NCBI RefSeq assembly: GCF_009914755.1
Contig: NC_060926.1
Strand: one strand, 5' to 3'
Length of the DNA stretch: 64,000 nt
Source: the human T2T-CHM13v2.0 reference genome, Homo sapiens
Shown: positions 41,947 to 57,922 of the stretch, piece by piece
How the letters are laid out: every line of letters begins with the position of its first letter
Numbering within the stretch: the first letter of the stretch is position 1
Made by a program: the position numbers and the translations under genes
Notes under the pieces: model-generated
Databases searched by the model: none
What the model saw: the letters and a program-made list of their open reading frames with translations, nothing else
What the model was told of the DNA's origin: nothing

Positions 41947-42849
41947 TTCTCTGCAAACTTTCAATTTGTGAGGAAGACAACATAAGCATAGTAAGCATTC
42001 AATTTATTGGTATATAAGGATTTATCTCTGTACGTTTTCAGGGAAGGAATTATCAAAGAAGGCTGGAATGCTTAGGGTTATGGAAATAGAAGCTCCAGGG
42101 AGAGGGGAAATCTAAGCTTGCCCTTAAAGAAAATGTAGGAGAAAAAGAGACAGAGGGAGAGAAAGAGAATTCTAGATAGAAGAGGTAACATGAGCGAAGA
42201 CAAAAGACAGGGAAAAAAAGAGTGAACATCACATGGGCATAGCACTTACATCTGAGGATTTCAACAAGACTGAAACATTCATTGTTTTCTTTGATATCAT
42301 ATATAATTATATGTGATAATTATCAGCTGTTATATTTTAAACCTTGTAAGTGAATCACTATTTTTATCTGACTGTTGCTCTATCTATAACTGTTATATAT
42401 TTTACCAGTTAATGTAATTATATCTTCCCTCCCATATGAGAAAAGCAAGAGAATGCGATAAGACTATAATAGAAGACATTGTAATTTACGTGTCAAAAAG
42501 ACAAACCTAGGGGAAGACTAAGTCCCCAGCAAACGATAGAAATGATTCTTTCATTTGGCAATTCTTATAGAAAAACTCTGCAAAGTAATTGTTAATGGCG
42601 TGACCTTGAAATAATCCTCTTTATTTAAACTATAACTTGTATGTTGACAGTACAAGGGCTGGCACACAAAAAACTGTGATTTATATTTCAGTAGATGTAA
42701 AATACCAGAGAGGGAAATCCAGAGTTGCTTTGGTCACATTTACATCTTAAGGGAAGTGAGAGTTATTTGGCATTTGCAAAGACTGGAAATTTGCTTCTAA
42801 TTATGGAGCTGGACATTGATTGAGGCTGTATTGTGTTAAGCTATGAATG

Positions 42850-43050
42850 TAAACTGAGGCTTTCTCTGTGTCTATGTAACTTGGGCAAATTATTTTACTC
42901 CTCTAGACTCAATATCTACATAAATAAAATGTGGATAATAATATTATATTTCATTTTATATCCTATATGTGACTATTACTTGACATATTGGAATGAGGAG
43001 AACTCAGAACATTTTCTGGCACACAACACTCAATAAATGTTAGGCATTAC
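42850..43050 (+). mobile_element. MIR (approximate)
   Basis: TGTAACTTGGGCAAATTATTT..TAAAATGTGGATAATAAT..CTGGCACACAACACTCAATAAATGTTAG. Confidence 0.75.
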
Positions 43051-44434
43051 TATAATGAAAATTTCATATTGGATATCATTACCTGTCATCTAACAGGAGG
43101 AAAGGAAAGCATCATATCTAAATTGGGACAGCAACATAATAAATATTTTATTTATGTACATATTTTATTTGTAGGCCGGAAGCTTCTGTCTATCATGTTT
43201 TATTAGGATGTGAGTATGGGAAAGGCATGTAATTAGAGTTGCCTAAGAAAGTTAATTTGCAAATTTTTATCTAAGAAAGTTTCTGAATTTCTCAATAGTA
43301 GTCAACCCTACTCCATTCTTAATTATAAAAATAACTTTAAATTTAAAAAGTATAAATGCATGGCCACATTTTAAACCCATCACTCACACGTCTTAATGTA
43401 GGCAGCAGCATGTCATCCTGAATTTATTTAAAATTCACTTTGCATTAAGAGGAGTTGTAATTATTAGCTGCCAAGCCTGGAAGAGATTGAAAACATAACC
43501 TTTCTTTTTCCATAATATAATAATGCCTAAACTCAAAGTATATATGTGAATCTTGGCTAAAAAATGACATCTGACTGGCATCCTATTCATGATATGCCAT
43601 CTTCTATCTTTATGCCAAATATACAGTGATACACAGAAGTTGAAGAAAAACTTATGGAAATACTGACATTGAAGACAGATTTTCCTAGGACTGTAGAGGC
43701 ATTCTTATTAATGTGAAACTGGACTAAGAAACAACCAGTGTCTACCCACCAGACAAACATTGGCACACACATCATCCCAAATTTACTATTTTCTTTGAAT
43801 CTCAGAGAACTGAGCTGTGCCACCAGAAAATTATTTTTTTTTTTTTAAAAAAAAAGGTAGTCTCTTTTTTTTTCAAATGTTTTTCCCCCATCCATCCAGA
43901 AAATGAATTTCCCAGAAAACAAGAAATACATTTTCTTTGTTGATTGATTTAGTTGGTTAGGTGTGGTCACTGGTGCTGTCACAATAATCTCTGTGGTTAA
44001 ATGTTAATCCCACAAGTCAAAGCCAGATAGGCAAGGAATAAAGTAGCAATATGTTAAGGTTCCTGCAGGAAGAGTTTTCTATGCATCCTACTGGTAAAAG
44101 TGTGAGAGCTCCAGATGATAAGATAAAAGGGATATAGAATATATGAAAAGTCCACACTAAGTAAATGCTTAGACAAATGCTTCCTAAATGTTAGGACTTT
44201 TGCTAAAAGCTGTGCTTATATGCCTGCTTTTGAACTTCTCACATGAAAACGGGTTTTGAAAGAACATTAGCGAATAGTGAGCACAGCCAAGGCAATTCAC
44301 AAAATGTGTCTGTGGGCAAGCAGATTTGTCTTCAGGCCATGATTAGCAAACAAAATAAAACAAACAGATTTAAAAGGTGGCATGCTTGAAAAATATCAAG
44401 ACACAAAGGAATCAGAGGAAAAATATACATCTGA

Positions 44435-45003
<569 letters not shown>

Positions 45004-45009
45004 ATAATA

Positions 45010-45205
45010 ATAATACAGGTATAAAGTATTATTGAAAAATGCTAAGAGAGTGGATGTTGTTTGTAGCACAAAATGCAACTCTACTAGGTAACGCATATAT
45101 TAATTGGATAGACTTAGTCATTTCACAATCTATAGATAAATCAAAACCTTATGTTGTACATGATAAATGTGTATAATTTTATCTGTCAATTAAAAATAAA
45201 CAAAT
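45010..45205 (+). mobile_element. L1MA-like 3' terminus directly after the GAPDH pseudogene
   Basis: TTGAAAAATGCTAAGAGAGTGGA..ATGTTGTACATGATAAAT..TTTATCTGTCAATTAAAAATAAA. Confidence 0.8.
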
Positions 45206-47795
45206 TTACTAATGGTAATCTAATAAAGTAATGTTTAAGCAGGACATTCAGCACTTATAATTTCTGTGTGTAAATATCTAAAATTTTTCATCTTGAATGA
45301 TACAGAGTTACCACGTCATACTGAATGACATAGAATATCTTCTGTACTCCTAATTTCCCTGTTATCCTAGTAATAGATCCAAATAGATACAAGAGTGGCC
45401 CTGTTTCTTACACCTAAATAAAACTTATTAAACACAGATAATATTACATACATGAAAAAGGAGAAAAAATAAAAATATTGGGAAATGTAAAGAAGAGCTA
45501 GAAATAAGACATTAAAAGGCCTTGTATTTTATTAAAAACTCTTGTGAATGCGGGATGGTCTAAAATTTTGAGTCTGATCCTTCTAGTAGATCAAGTTACC
45601 AAGTGTATGGTCTGTGGTATGAAATTAATCAATTTCTAGGAAGAAATGCTATTATACTCTGAACTAAATGCAAACAGAAAATGTAGGATTCTCTCAAAGA
45701 GAACATTCTGTAATTCAATGTATATGTTTCTCACGTGAATTACAATAATAAAAAATGTGGCAAGTTGCAAAGGGCTGTTTCTTATGTTCATCAATAAAGA
45801 CCTATAATCAGGCATAAAAAAGTATTCTATAGCAATTAAATATAATGTGGTCCTTCAATCTGTTGATTTGACTTCACCTAGGAATAGACTTTGAATTATC
45901 TGAAAAAATAAATGCACTAAATATCCTTTGAGTAACCCTGACTATATATTCTTTCTCTTGAAAGGGATTTTTAGTAAATATATATTTGATAAATACAATT
46001 CTTGACGAATAATGAGGGTGAAGCTCTCTTACTGGAATAAGATTGAAAGCTTTTTGTGTCTGAAAATAAAGGCCATTTACTTTCTATACTCAAGTGAATT
46101 TTAAAATGTATTCCCAAGACAACGTTTTTCAAAACTAATATATAGATGAAAAAACTAATTGATGTTTCAAAGATATACTCAGAGTAGCATAGTTAACAAC
46201 TACAACTATGACAAAAAAACAAAAAACAAGCAAACAAACAAAAAACAAACCCATAAACACACCAAAGGAAAGAAAAGAAATACTAAAAGCATCAATGGAA
46301 CCCAGAAAAGCTACTTTTGGAATAGCTTCCAGAATAAACATCTTGTGACATTTATGCTGGTGAGGTTTATTATTGTATAGACTTCAATTGATTTCAATCC
46401 AAATCAAATATAGATTTAAAATATTTGATGAAATATATGCCTGTGTTACAGATAATATATGCTTATTTATTTTCCAATTTAAGCATAACTCTTAATAATT
46501 TTTAAAACAATTTTAACATGCCTTTGACCTGTAATGAACAACTACAGAACCTGAAAGTTGATTAAAGATTCAGTAGTAACATAAGTAATATTTGTGGTAA
46601 AATATTGATTTAAAAATAATGTAAACTACATTATTAAAGCTATTTAAATAGGCCATGGGAGTCAGGGAAGACAAAAGGTCTAAATACTTTTCTCTTCAAT
46701 ATTTTGTTTTATGGAAATATTTTTATATTGAAATAATTGTATTTAAATTTAGATTTTGTGATAAAAGTTAATTTAAAGGTATGAACTATAAAACCACCAC
46801 AGGAAAGAGGATAATGTTTCAACAGTTACTTGTTAATGTAACAGTTTATACAATAAAAAGTAACCCACAGTATAGGATTTTTCACATTTACAAAGTGTCA
46901 AGTGTTTACTTCTTCATCAATATCGCCTACATTTTCATTATTTAACATCTTTGCCCAATTCCCACTGTAACCAAGTGTATTTCCATGCAGTCAAGTTACT
47001 ACCCAGCTTAGTTTGAGGTTAAATGTAAAAAGCTTTGACGTTTTCTGTTCTCAGAGTCCTCCTGCAGAAGCCTTTGTTCTGACCTTTCACCCACACCCCC
47101 AGGACTTCTATTCACTAAAAATGTGGAATTATCCATGCTAATCCTGGAATTCTGGTCATTAAAAGAAAAAAAATTGTGTATATCATTCTCTGCATCAATT
47201 TCAAAAGTTATTCTTCACACCTATATTTAGAGATGCAGCTGAAGCTTAAAAATATTCAATTGGGCATATAATTTTATAAAAATAGAGCGTTCTAAAAAGA
47301 ATTGAGAATCATGTAAAATTTAACCTGTTTTTACTGGATCTATAAGTCAATATAAAATATTTATTTTTCTGTGTACATTCCCATATCTACTTAATGACAC
47401 TGTATCATGTTGATTTTGTCTTTTTTCTTTCATTAGCCTATATATTCTTCATGAGAGTAAATAAAACTAATCGTGTCTTAAATATCGACTTCTATTGTTA
47501 TTTTGAATCTTCCTAAGGGTATAGGTCAAGGTTTATTCATTCTTACCTTACCTTCTGTTTTAGCATTTAAGACAGCTCATAGTAGACATTGGAAGATTGG
47601 TTAAATTGCTATTTAAATGACCTAGAATACAATTGTTTAAGTAATTTACCAACCTTTGCAAAGCTGAATTATATTTGTGTATTCTGTCAATATTACATAA
47701 TATTAAGGTTCTGAGATGTGTTCTTTATCTTTATTCAGCTTTTCCTATATTCTAGAAAATTTCACCTTCTTCATAATAATTTCTTAGAAACTTGT

Positions 47796-48124
<329 letters not shown>

Positions 48125-48127
48125 TGA

Positions 48128-48498
48128 TACTATGGACTAAATTGTGTCTGCCCCCAAATTATATATTTAAGTTCTAACCCTCAATCTGGTTATATTTGGG
48201 CATGACACCTTTAAAAAGTGATTACGGTTAATGAAGTAATAAATGCGTATCCCTAATCTAATATGACTGATGTCTTCCCAAGAAGAGGAAGAGATGTCAG
48301 GGATATGCAAACACCCCTGTGAGGATGCAATAAGAAGGTGACCCTCTGCAAACAGAGAAGAGAGGCCTGAGGAGAATCCACACCTGCCAACACCTTGATC
48401 TTGGACTTCCAGTTTCCAGAACTGTTACAAAATAAATTTCAGTTGTCTAACCTTCTAGTCTATGGCTTTCATTATGGCAGCCCTTGCAAATTAATACA
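48128..48498 (+). mobile_element. MLT1A/B-like MaLR solo LTR
   Basis: TACTATGGACTAAATTGTGTC start; CACCTTGATCTTGGACTTCCAG; AATTAATACA end. Confidence 0.88.
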
Positions 48499-51400
48499 GT
48501 TAGCTTGGGCCAGCTCACAGAACTTAACACCAAAGTGAAAGCTGGCAAAAATTTCGAAAATTTTATAAGTGGAATTTTTTAAATTATCTAATTTTAAACA
48601 CTTCCTTATTATTGAGTAGGCCATTTCATTTTTTTCAAAGATAAAAACAAAGAAATATATTTTAATTTGCAGAAGAGCAACTTATGTTAACTGAAGAAAA
48701 TGCTTACTGAATATGAAGTTAAAGTAAAATGTGTTAAAAGAGCCTCCCTTAAATTATTTTAGCTAGAAGCATAAATCTGTCTCTAAACATTCTGTGATAG
48801 CAAAATGAATATAAATAGCATATTATGCCATTATAAATAGCAGTTTTAAGTGATATGATTAATAACTGTTAGTTCTGGAGTCATATGCTAATCTTTGTGG
48901 AAGCAGAAGCTGGCTCATATACTGACAACCTCTGTTTGCCCTACTAATAATTCAACCCCTAGTTGCTATTGTCACATTGAACTACAAATTCCTAACAGAA
49001 ATTACTCCAAAACCTAGGAAATGAAACAGATGCTAACATTTCAAGAAAGCCTTCAGGACAAGAACATTAAAAAATCATTTTCATGTAGTGCTTGAAGTAA
49101 ATCAAATCTGCTGGTATTTCATGTGCTTAAGCGATCACAGCTTTCCCAGCCAGTGAGTATCTTTAAAAGAGAGGTTTCTGTCTTTCATATCAAGTATTAT
49201 TTTGATTAAAATAATCATTTAATGAACTAGATCTGGAAGAAGTCAAAGGTCTTTTATAAGATTATGACATAATAATATCTTAGAAAAATCTCTTATTTAC
49301 TGAACCACTATTTATTTTCAAAGAATAGGAAAAACATTATGATAAAGCTCATCGAAGGTATAACTTATATAGGCTAATAGTTATACTTAGATTTCTTCTT
49401 CTTTGATTTTTTTTTCAAAAGAAAAAAATTTTTTTTAAGTTTTTTAAAAGAATGCATTAAAACCAGTTATAAATTCTTGTCCACTACTGCCAGGAAAAAC
49501 AATAAATCAGTAGGGCCTCATGCAACTTATTTGGAAGTCCAAAATTGATGGTAAATATTATAATATGAATTTACATTTCAGAAAAATATATGTTCAAGTG
49601 CATTGTGAGTGAAAAAATAATAATTTTGAAATATGCATGTAAGAGATGTACTCTTCTGAGAGTAGAGGTGTAGGGAACACTAGGTTCAGAACAGAGGAAG
49701 AAAGAGTAAATTTTTAATATCTAGTCTTGGTTTATTGATACACAAATACAGTAATAATCCATATCTAGAGTTTTACTTTCAAATAGATTTAACATATCTG
49801 AATATTGGATACTTTGCATGAGTTTTGTGAAAAGATTGAGTTAAAGGTTTCAAAGCCATTTGAGAATTTCCTTTGAACACACTAAAGGGTATCTGTGAAT
49901 ACTGGCTTATTATATCATGGCTGATTTACAATAATTTACGTGTTGCCTTTCTTAGCTGGAACTGTATGTGCCAGGAATAGATTAATCCTTATGGTTACAT
50001 AGATCAGCAGCAAGACCTCCCACGTGGAAGTACCTATATTCATCTTTGTCATCTGAAAATAACTTTATTAGAAAATATCACATATCTTCTTATTGCCAGC
50101 CAGGTGACTCATAGGAAAGTACAAGATAACTGAAATCAGCTACATAATCCTATAGTTCATGCACTATTTTCAAACACTTTGAAACTTACTGTTGGTAAGT
50201 AAATGTTTATCTTAATTATATCTAAATAATCTCTTCCATAATTACTCTTGTGATTGAAACCTTGTTAGGCCTCAGAAGCCTCTCGATATCAAAATAACTC
50301 ATAAATTCCTACTTTTATTTGCACCTCAGAACATGAGACTTCCAGCATCCTGGAAAGTTCAAGGTGTTTCTTAAACTCTCTAAAGGGATGGTTTGCAAGC
50401 CAGTCTCTTTCATAGGACCACCATAGGCCATTCTTTCTCTAACAGTCCGATTTAATTTGTCCATGACTTCTGCCTTTATAGTCAACTGGAATGCCTTTAC
50501 TCTTGCTACTATGTACTATTTTATGCTGACACTATCTCCTGATGCTCTCAAAGTCATCAACTCTTGGGCTGCCAGAGTCCTGCTACATTCTGTGCACAAC
50601 TGGTGAAAAATGGCCTTCAATTTTACCCTCTGCTGTGTTGCCATCTGGGCCCTACGGCAGCACAATTCCTGTCAAGTGTTTTATTAATTCCCTCATAAAA
50701 ACACCATTTTCATCTTCAGCTGTCTAGAAGCTCCAAACCAGTTCAGTGTCCAGTAAGCATAGACACCATGCCACCCTTTGAGCCTTTACATTCTCATCGT
50801 CGCAAGTTGGATCTCCCAAACAAAAGAAAACCATCCAACTTTCTTTTCCCTCTTCAACAAAATTCAAAGCTTCTTGGCACATTATTTCAAGCATACAGAT
50901 GCTGGTGGGAGTGTAATAGGAAGTGGACAAAAGGAAAGATATTTGGACCAAGTATTTTATCCTGGCTCCACCTTATGAATAAAAGGAAAGTAGACATTGT
51001 CAGGAATTCACTGATGTAGCATTAAAAAATCTATTACCAAGAGATCAAAGGTAGCTAGCAGGAAATAAGATAAAGGACTGACACCCAATTGTATCCACAG
51101 GGCAAGTGTTTTTATTACTAAAATTCCAATAAAAAATTAGTGTTTCTAGAAAATAGATATTTATATCTGTGTTCAGGCAGATTAAAAAATCAATGAGTTT
51201 TAAAAATTACATTTAATGAACAGAGTGATTTATGGTTTGTTTTTGCTTTACTAATGTGCCAGCTCGATGTCTCTAATAACAAGTCTGGCTTGATAGCCCT
51301 GCTAACAAATCCAGCTTCATCTAGTACAATAGAATATATTTTTTCTGAATTCATTTCCATTTACTATCTGCTCAGTTTCTTAAATTAGAAAATAACTTGA

Positions 51401-51632
51401 CTAATTCAATGGACAATGGATTGGATATGAATCTAAAATGAGGCAGTTTCCTGAAGCCCAGACTTAACTGTATGTGGCAATTTGCTTTGGGGCATTGTGC
51501 AAGAGAAGGTTTCTCAAATTTGTCTAATAATAGTGAGGCTCTTATAGTAAATATCACAGAATGCTTTGTTAAATTTGAAGTTCAACACATAAGAAAATGT
51601 CCAGAAGAACACATTAATGTCCAGAAGACATT

Positions 51633-51703
51633 ACCTAATCTTGTCTTTTAGAAATTATCAGCAACATTGTGTTGCTGATAACTTCTAAGAGACAAGATTA
51701 GGT
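51633..51703. repeat. Near-perfect inverted repeat (34-bp arms, 3-nt loop)
   Basis: 51633-51666 is the reverse complement of 51670-51703 with 2 mismatches. Confidence 0.96.
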
Positions 51704-54682
51704 TGTTTGTGGACATTTATGGAATAGTCAGTACAAATGTATTGAAGAGAAATGGTATAATTCTGATTGTGACACTAGATTACTATTCTGTTTCTTTTAA
51801 CTTTCTTGCTTCTCAATTTTTAGTGTAAAATATGAGGGGGGTATATTAAAAAGATAAAAGGATCTTTGTAATCCTAAGGAGCTAGGAAGATAGTCTACTA
51901 GAAGATATAAATATAGGGATTTTGAAAGCTCTGTGTTCAGAAATGGCATCAAAGTAATAAAGTTCCAATAGAGAAAAGGAATTACAATTCACATTACAGT
52001 ATTTAGATAGGACTGTAAGAGAAATAAATAGCTCTTCCTTATTTCTCGTTTAAAATTTCAGACAAATTTGACCTTCAAAGATATGTCTGAACAATAACAA
52101 TAGAACATAATAGAAAAATTGTTCTGACTGCAAAGAAATAGACCTTTCCCAACAGTCACTTCAAAATGCAAACCAGAATGTATGGTCTATATTGTTTTTA
52201 ATTTAATATATCTATGTGAACAAGCATACTTCTTCCTCATTTTCATTGCATAAATTTTTACTTGGAATGCCTTTGAAGTTAAACCAATGTGCTTCAAAGT
52301 TACATGTATGTATGGTTTTTTTTTTTTTACCAACTGTACATATGTCTACAATTTCCCACCAAATATGGTATCAAATATGTAGAATCTGAGATGTTATAAA
52401 AGCATTCAAAATCATATTTTCCTCATAAAGGAAACACAAAATTGACCTTAATAGGATATTATTGAGGAATATTTTAATTATCTGGTTATAAATTCTAAGG
52501 TTTCCCAAGATTTAGAAAACTTACTCTTGGATGGCAAAATTTACTCTAAAGTATTTTGCAATTGTGTGTGTGATAGTGTTTGAAGTGACAGGGAAACCTA
52601 TGTATCCTGGAAACCTATGTGTCAAGGCATTGTTTTCTGGATCATTTATTGGCATATCCAAAGGCTTGGGAAAAAACTTAGGATAAATAGAGAATAATGA
52701 ACTTTTTCAGAAATAAATAACTAAGATTACTCCATGCAATAGAATCCCAAATGATTTGAAGTTAGACTTTATTATTAGTTATACAGTAAATGTGATAAAC
52801 AAGTTTACCCTGTGTGATACAAAAAATAAAAAACTGCAGCATGACCATAATTTTTTCTTTATAGATAAGGGGCTCTCATGCTTAAAGTCTGATTAACATA
52901 GCCACATCTGATTTCAAAATATAGATATGCCCAATGAGGTAGTTCTTCACAATGGGAATCGCTGGTTAGGTGTTGGTTACCCAATTTCTTTTATTTAAAG
53001 TTTAATGGATATTTGATGCCATATAGACAAAACATTTGGAAGGAGTTTCAAATTCCCATCTGGAGATAGGTGTCATATAAAACAGCCTAAAAAAAATAAG
53101 AATGGTTTAAAAGGCTTGCTTGAGTTAACTAATGGTTGGCAGGTCCATTTGCCAGGCTTATTGAATCAAGCTTTACCCTCCTTTAAATGAGGGGTCTGTT
53201 TTTCCTTGGCAGGAATGTTTTAGATTCAGCATATTAAAAGCTGCAAATATTTGTGTTGGGTTTTCCTTTGTGAGCTATCTACAGCAATGTGAGAGAGCGA
53301 GTACATTTAGCCACAGCAGGAACTTCCCATAAAATCACAGTAAATGACTGTGCTTTTCTTATAAGCCACACCCTTCCTAGGCATTTCTCAAATACTTTAC
53401 ATAGAAATGTGTTCACTTTAACAAAAATCAATAAATGCAAATATTATTTCATTTGTTTTCATTAACTAGTAGAAATAGCAGTAATATATTGTTAATTATA
53501 TTAGCAGGACCCTATAGCTTAATGCAACAAGTCAAAAGGCATCTGGCCATTCCTAAGTATTGTGACTGATGGAGTAATATAGACAAAAAAATTGGATAAC
53601 CTTGGAAAAGTATGAAGATGTGCAGTTTACAAAGAGCTGGCTGAAAATTAAGGAGAAATGGCAGATTTGAAACCGTGATAGGTATAAATGAATTGTGGTA
53701 TGGCCTGATTAAAAATTTTACTTCATCATATTCATACTGGAGTCTACATAATTTGGGAAGAAGAAATATTTTGTCAAAACTGATATATCCCATAAAATAT
53801 AACTAACATACTTTGCAGGGAAGCTTAAGGAAGGCCTGGGAGACAAAATGGACAACAAATGTAACAATAATAATATTTAAGTGCAATAAGGTTTTTTATA
53901 ATGTCATTTTTTAAAAAATAAAGTTTTTTATAATGTCTACATAAGGGAAATCAACACTGCATTGACTATTAGAATTAGTTTGGGGGTCTAATGGACTATT
54001 CCTGAAATTTGGACTGAGGGGTCAGATTATTAATGGTAGACCTGAATTTGTCTCAAAGAACAATGTTTTGGAATCTAATAAAATCTCTTCAGATACTCTC
54101 TATTTAACTGATTGCTTGTTTCAAAGGTCAATTCATTTTGGAAAAAGATTATAGATTTTTCTCACATTTTATGACAACATAAATGTTGACAACTTATGTT
54201 TTTGTTAATGTATAGTGTTATTCATTATCAAAAACAAAAACAAAAGCAAGCTATTTGCTAATAGTCATGTCACAAATATAATTATTATACATAGAATTAT
54301 ACAGACCCAGTTGCAATGGACCTTTCTTAACTTCCTTATAATTTATTATCCTTTTAAAACACAAGAGAAACCCATTTGGTATCTTCCACCCATAGCTTGA
54401 AAGTCTTATATTTATTTGCTTATTAGTAGTACATTTCCATCTGATACATGTAATATTAGGTTGCATTATTCTAGATCCAATTTTTCCTTCTGTAAGTGAA
54501 GTTTATGAAATAAGGTTAGTTGTTCTAGTCACAAATGCATTGTACAATGAAAAGCATGGCATTATAACTCACTATATTTTCATGATAAGAAAAAAGTATG
54601 CATATTTATTGATAAACGTATTTTAAGTGTATTCCTTATAGTGCGGGAAGTGCAAAGATGAATGAAACACTCTAGTAAAGAG

Positions 54683-55040
54683 CAGTGTGCTTCAAGTTTT
54701 TCTGTTGACACCTTGTGTAAAATAATTTTGAAAGAACTTCAGCCATTTCAACTGACAGATCAGTTGTAAAGCATGTAACTTTTGGCACATTTTAAATGTT
54801 GACATTCTAAACTATAACTGTTATATCATTTTTAAAAATTCACAATGAAACATAAATATAAAAGCAATTCAATATCTACCACATTCATTTAAAATAAATG
54901 AGTTCTTCACAGCGGTTGGAAATGGTACTTCATTTCTTTCTCTCCTTGAAATCATATCCCAGTCCACTACCCACCCTTCCTGTTATAGAATTTTATTCTA
55001 TTAAAATGTATTTTTATACTTTAAATTATTTTTAGTGATA
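54683..55040. mobile_element. Possible hAT-Charlie DNA transposon fragment (approximate)
   Basis: CAGTG-type terminus and an AT-rich body resembling Charlie elements; by eye only. Confidence 0.35.
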
Positions 55041-57564
55041 CCCTGAAAGAGAGCCAGGAAAACTCATTATATAGAAAAAAAAAGGAATAAAGGTAGCACG
55101 GAGCAAGAAAGAAGATAAAGTGACAGGGAAATAGATCATTAGATGAGCACGTAACACTTTAAAATCTGTGAAGTTATGGTGTCTGTCATTTATTATTTTT
55201 TTTTTTTGCAGACGTGTGCATTGCTGTGATGTAAATCTCTTCTAATCTTTTCTCGTGAAAATCTTTACCCTGCTCTAAAATGTTTTGCAACAAAATTTGT
55301 ACACAGATTAACATTTTATTTTGAAAGAATACTGTCCAAATGGCGGCAAATGAATGTTTTTAAAAAGTTCTTCCAGATTGCATTATCACTACAACTTTTA
55401 TAAAAAATAATGGCAATAATTATCATGTTGATAATAATAGTGGCTAACACGTCTGGAAGGCTTACTAAGCTTCAAGCACGAATCTATACATTACCTATTT
55501 ATACCTCTACTTGTAGCTATCTATTTATATAGAGTGTCCACCAGGTCTGGAAACACAAACGATATATAATAAATGATTCACTGATATATATTAGATTGTA
55601 ATACTTTCAAAAAGTAATATTTGATTTTCTAGAGTTATGATCACCTTACAACAATCATGTAAGGTAGGTACTATGCTTAACCCAGCTTACCTATGAGGGA
55701 CCTGAAGCTCAGTCAGTTTATTAACTTTAACATGTGATTAAAAATTGATTAATTCAAGAGTTGAATCAGGCAGGCTGGTTTTAAAGTTTACACTCAAGAT
55801 CAAAATGCATTATTATAGACTTTGATATATATTTTGATTCATAATTCATCTTAAACAAAAGTAAAATTTTATTTACCCTATATTATTTAATGAGATGAAG
55901 AAAGGGGAAGCTCACATGTCCTTTTGAAAGGAGGCTTGGCAAACATCAATGTATCCACCATCCCTGTCCCCTTGTTTGTGGCCTAAGAGATTGTTACACC
56001 TTCCAAAAATGCTCTCTAGTAAGATTCAGAATGGGTGATACAACACTTGTGTTTTTTGTGTGGGGAGGGAGACGTAGGTAAAAGAGGAAAAGGAAGATTG
56101 TGAAAAGAGAAGTGGAAAAGGATAACTAGCTGGAAGCTTGTAGCTTCGAAGTTTTCTCTGGCAGATCAGTTTTAGGAAGGAGATCAAATCGAGTTTGAGA
56201 ATCAGGAAATTGATTTCTGTAAAAGAAGCTGTTTCTGCCTATGTGGTAAGGGTATGGATAACTCACTTCATAGGTCCTTGGTCTAGGGAAAAGTGTAACA
56301 CAAAGTAAATGATGAAACTCAGTTCTATCAAAAATGAAAATGTTGTTGCATTTGAGAACCATTATGGTGGGCAATGTAGTAAAAAGGATAAGACATTCAT
56401 CCTACTTTAATGTAAAACAAATTTGAAAAGAAAAAATGATAAGTAAAGAATTTCATGAAGGTATTATCGTCACTGCATATAATATGCTTTCTACTAAATT
56501 TCAATGGCAGTTTATGTTTACCTACCATATTAAATAATTGCTATTACATTGGTATCATAATTCCTCTTATGAGAGGAACTGTTCTTTCTGATAAAAGAAA
56601 TTAAAAATCCACTTAGAGTAGAGCAGACTCTTGGTCATAAATGTTATCAGGTGCTCAAATATCAGGGGAAGAATTCTCCTCTCCATGAATCAAATTAGAA
56701 AATGCATTACTTTTACTCATGCAACAGAAGCTGGAAAATGAGTGACAAAAAGAAAGAATGGGGTAAAGACACAATGAAGTCAAAAAGAGAGAGGCCAAAA
56801 TAGATTATTGGGAGAAATAAGTGACATCTAAAAATGGTCATTTCTACTATTTGATTTGAAGTTGTTTGCATTGGTAGTATGTGAACCTCTCCCATATCTG
56901 CTATCATGTAAATCTTTAATGAAGTCTACTGTCTGTGTGAGTGAAATTTTTTACAGAGATCAACACCAGGGCTGTTTCAGGGATCAATGCAAAGCAGAAC
57001 AACTATATACACTAAAGAAGAGTCTGATTAAGGGCAAATTAACAAGGACATTGCAGGGAAGCATATTCATGAGGGATTCCACCATTTTACAGAAATAATA
57101 ATAATATGAAAATCTTTTAGTGATGAAGAAGTACTGGTAGACTTTCATGGCACTTAAGATGAGACCCTCAAGGCACATGATCAAGGATGATTACCAGTAC
57201 TTACTTATTTAAGCCAGTGTCATATTTAAGTCCCAGCTTTATTTTGCTGTGGAACATGTAAGTTAACATAAATGACAAGTCACACTGACCTCATTTGGTT
57301 GAATTTTAATTACTTTAATTGGAGACACTGCTCATTATACAGCAAAATGAGAATAAGTATTTGTAAACATTCTATTAACAAAAATGAATCTTTTGAATCT
57401 TTAATTATGACCTACAAGTCATTAATTGTGTCTCTCATACACATGGGAGTATACCTAATTTGAACTCTGAGAAATAGGACAGTGTGCTATAAAATTTTAA
57501 AGAGATGATAAGATGATCATTCATAAAATTGATTCATTAAGCAACACTTCAAAATACTATAAGC

Positions 57565-57922
<358 letters not shown>

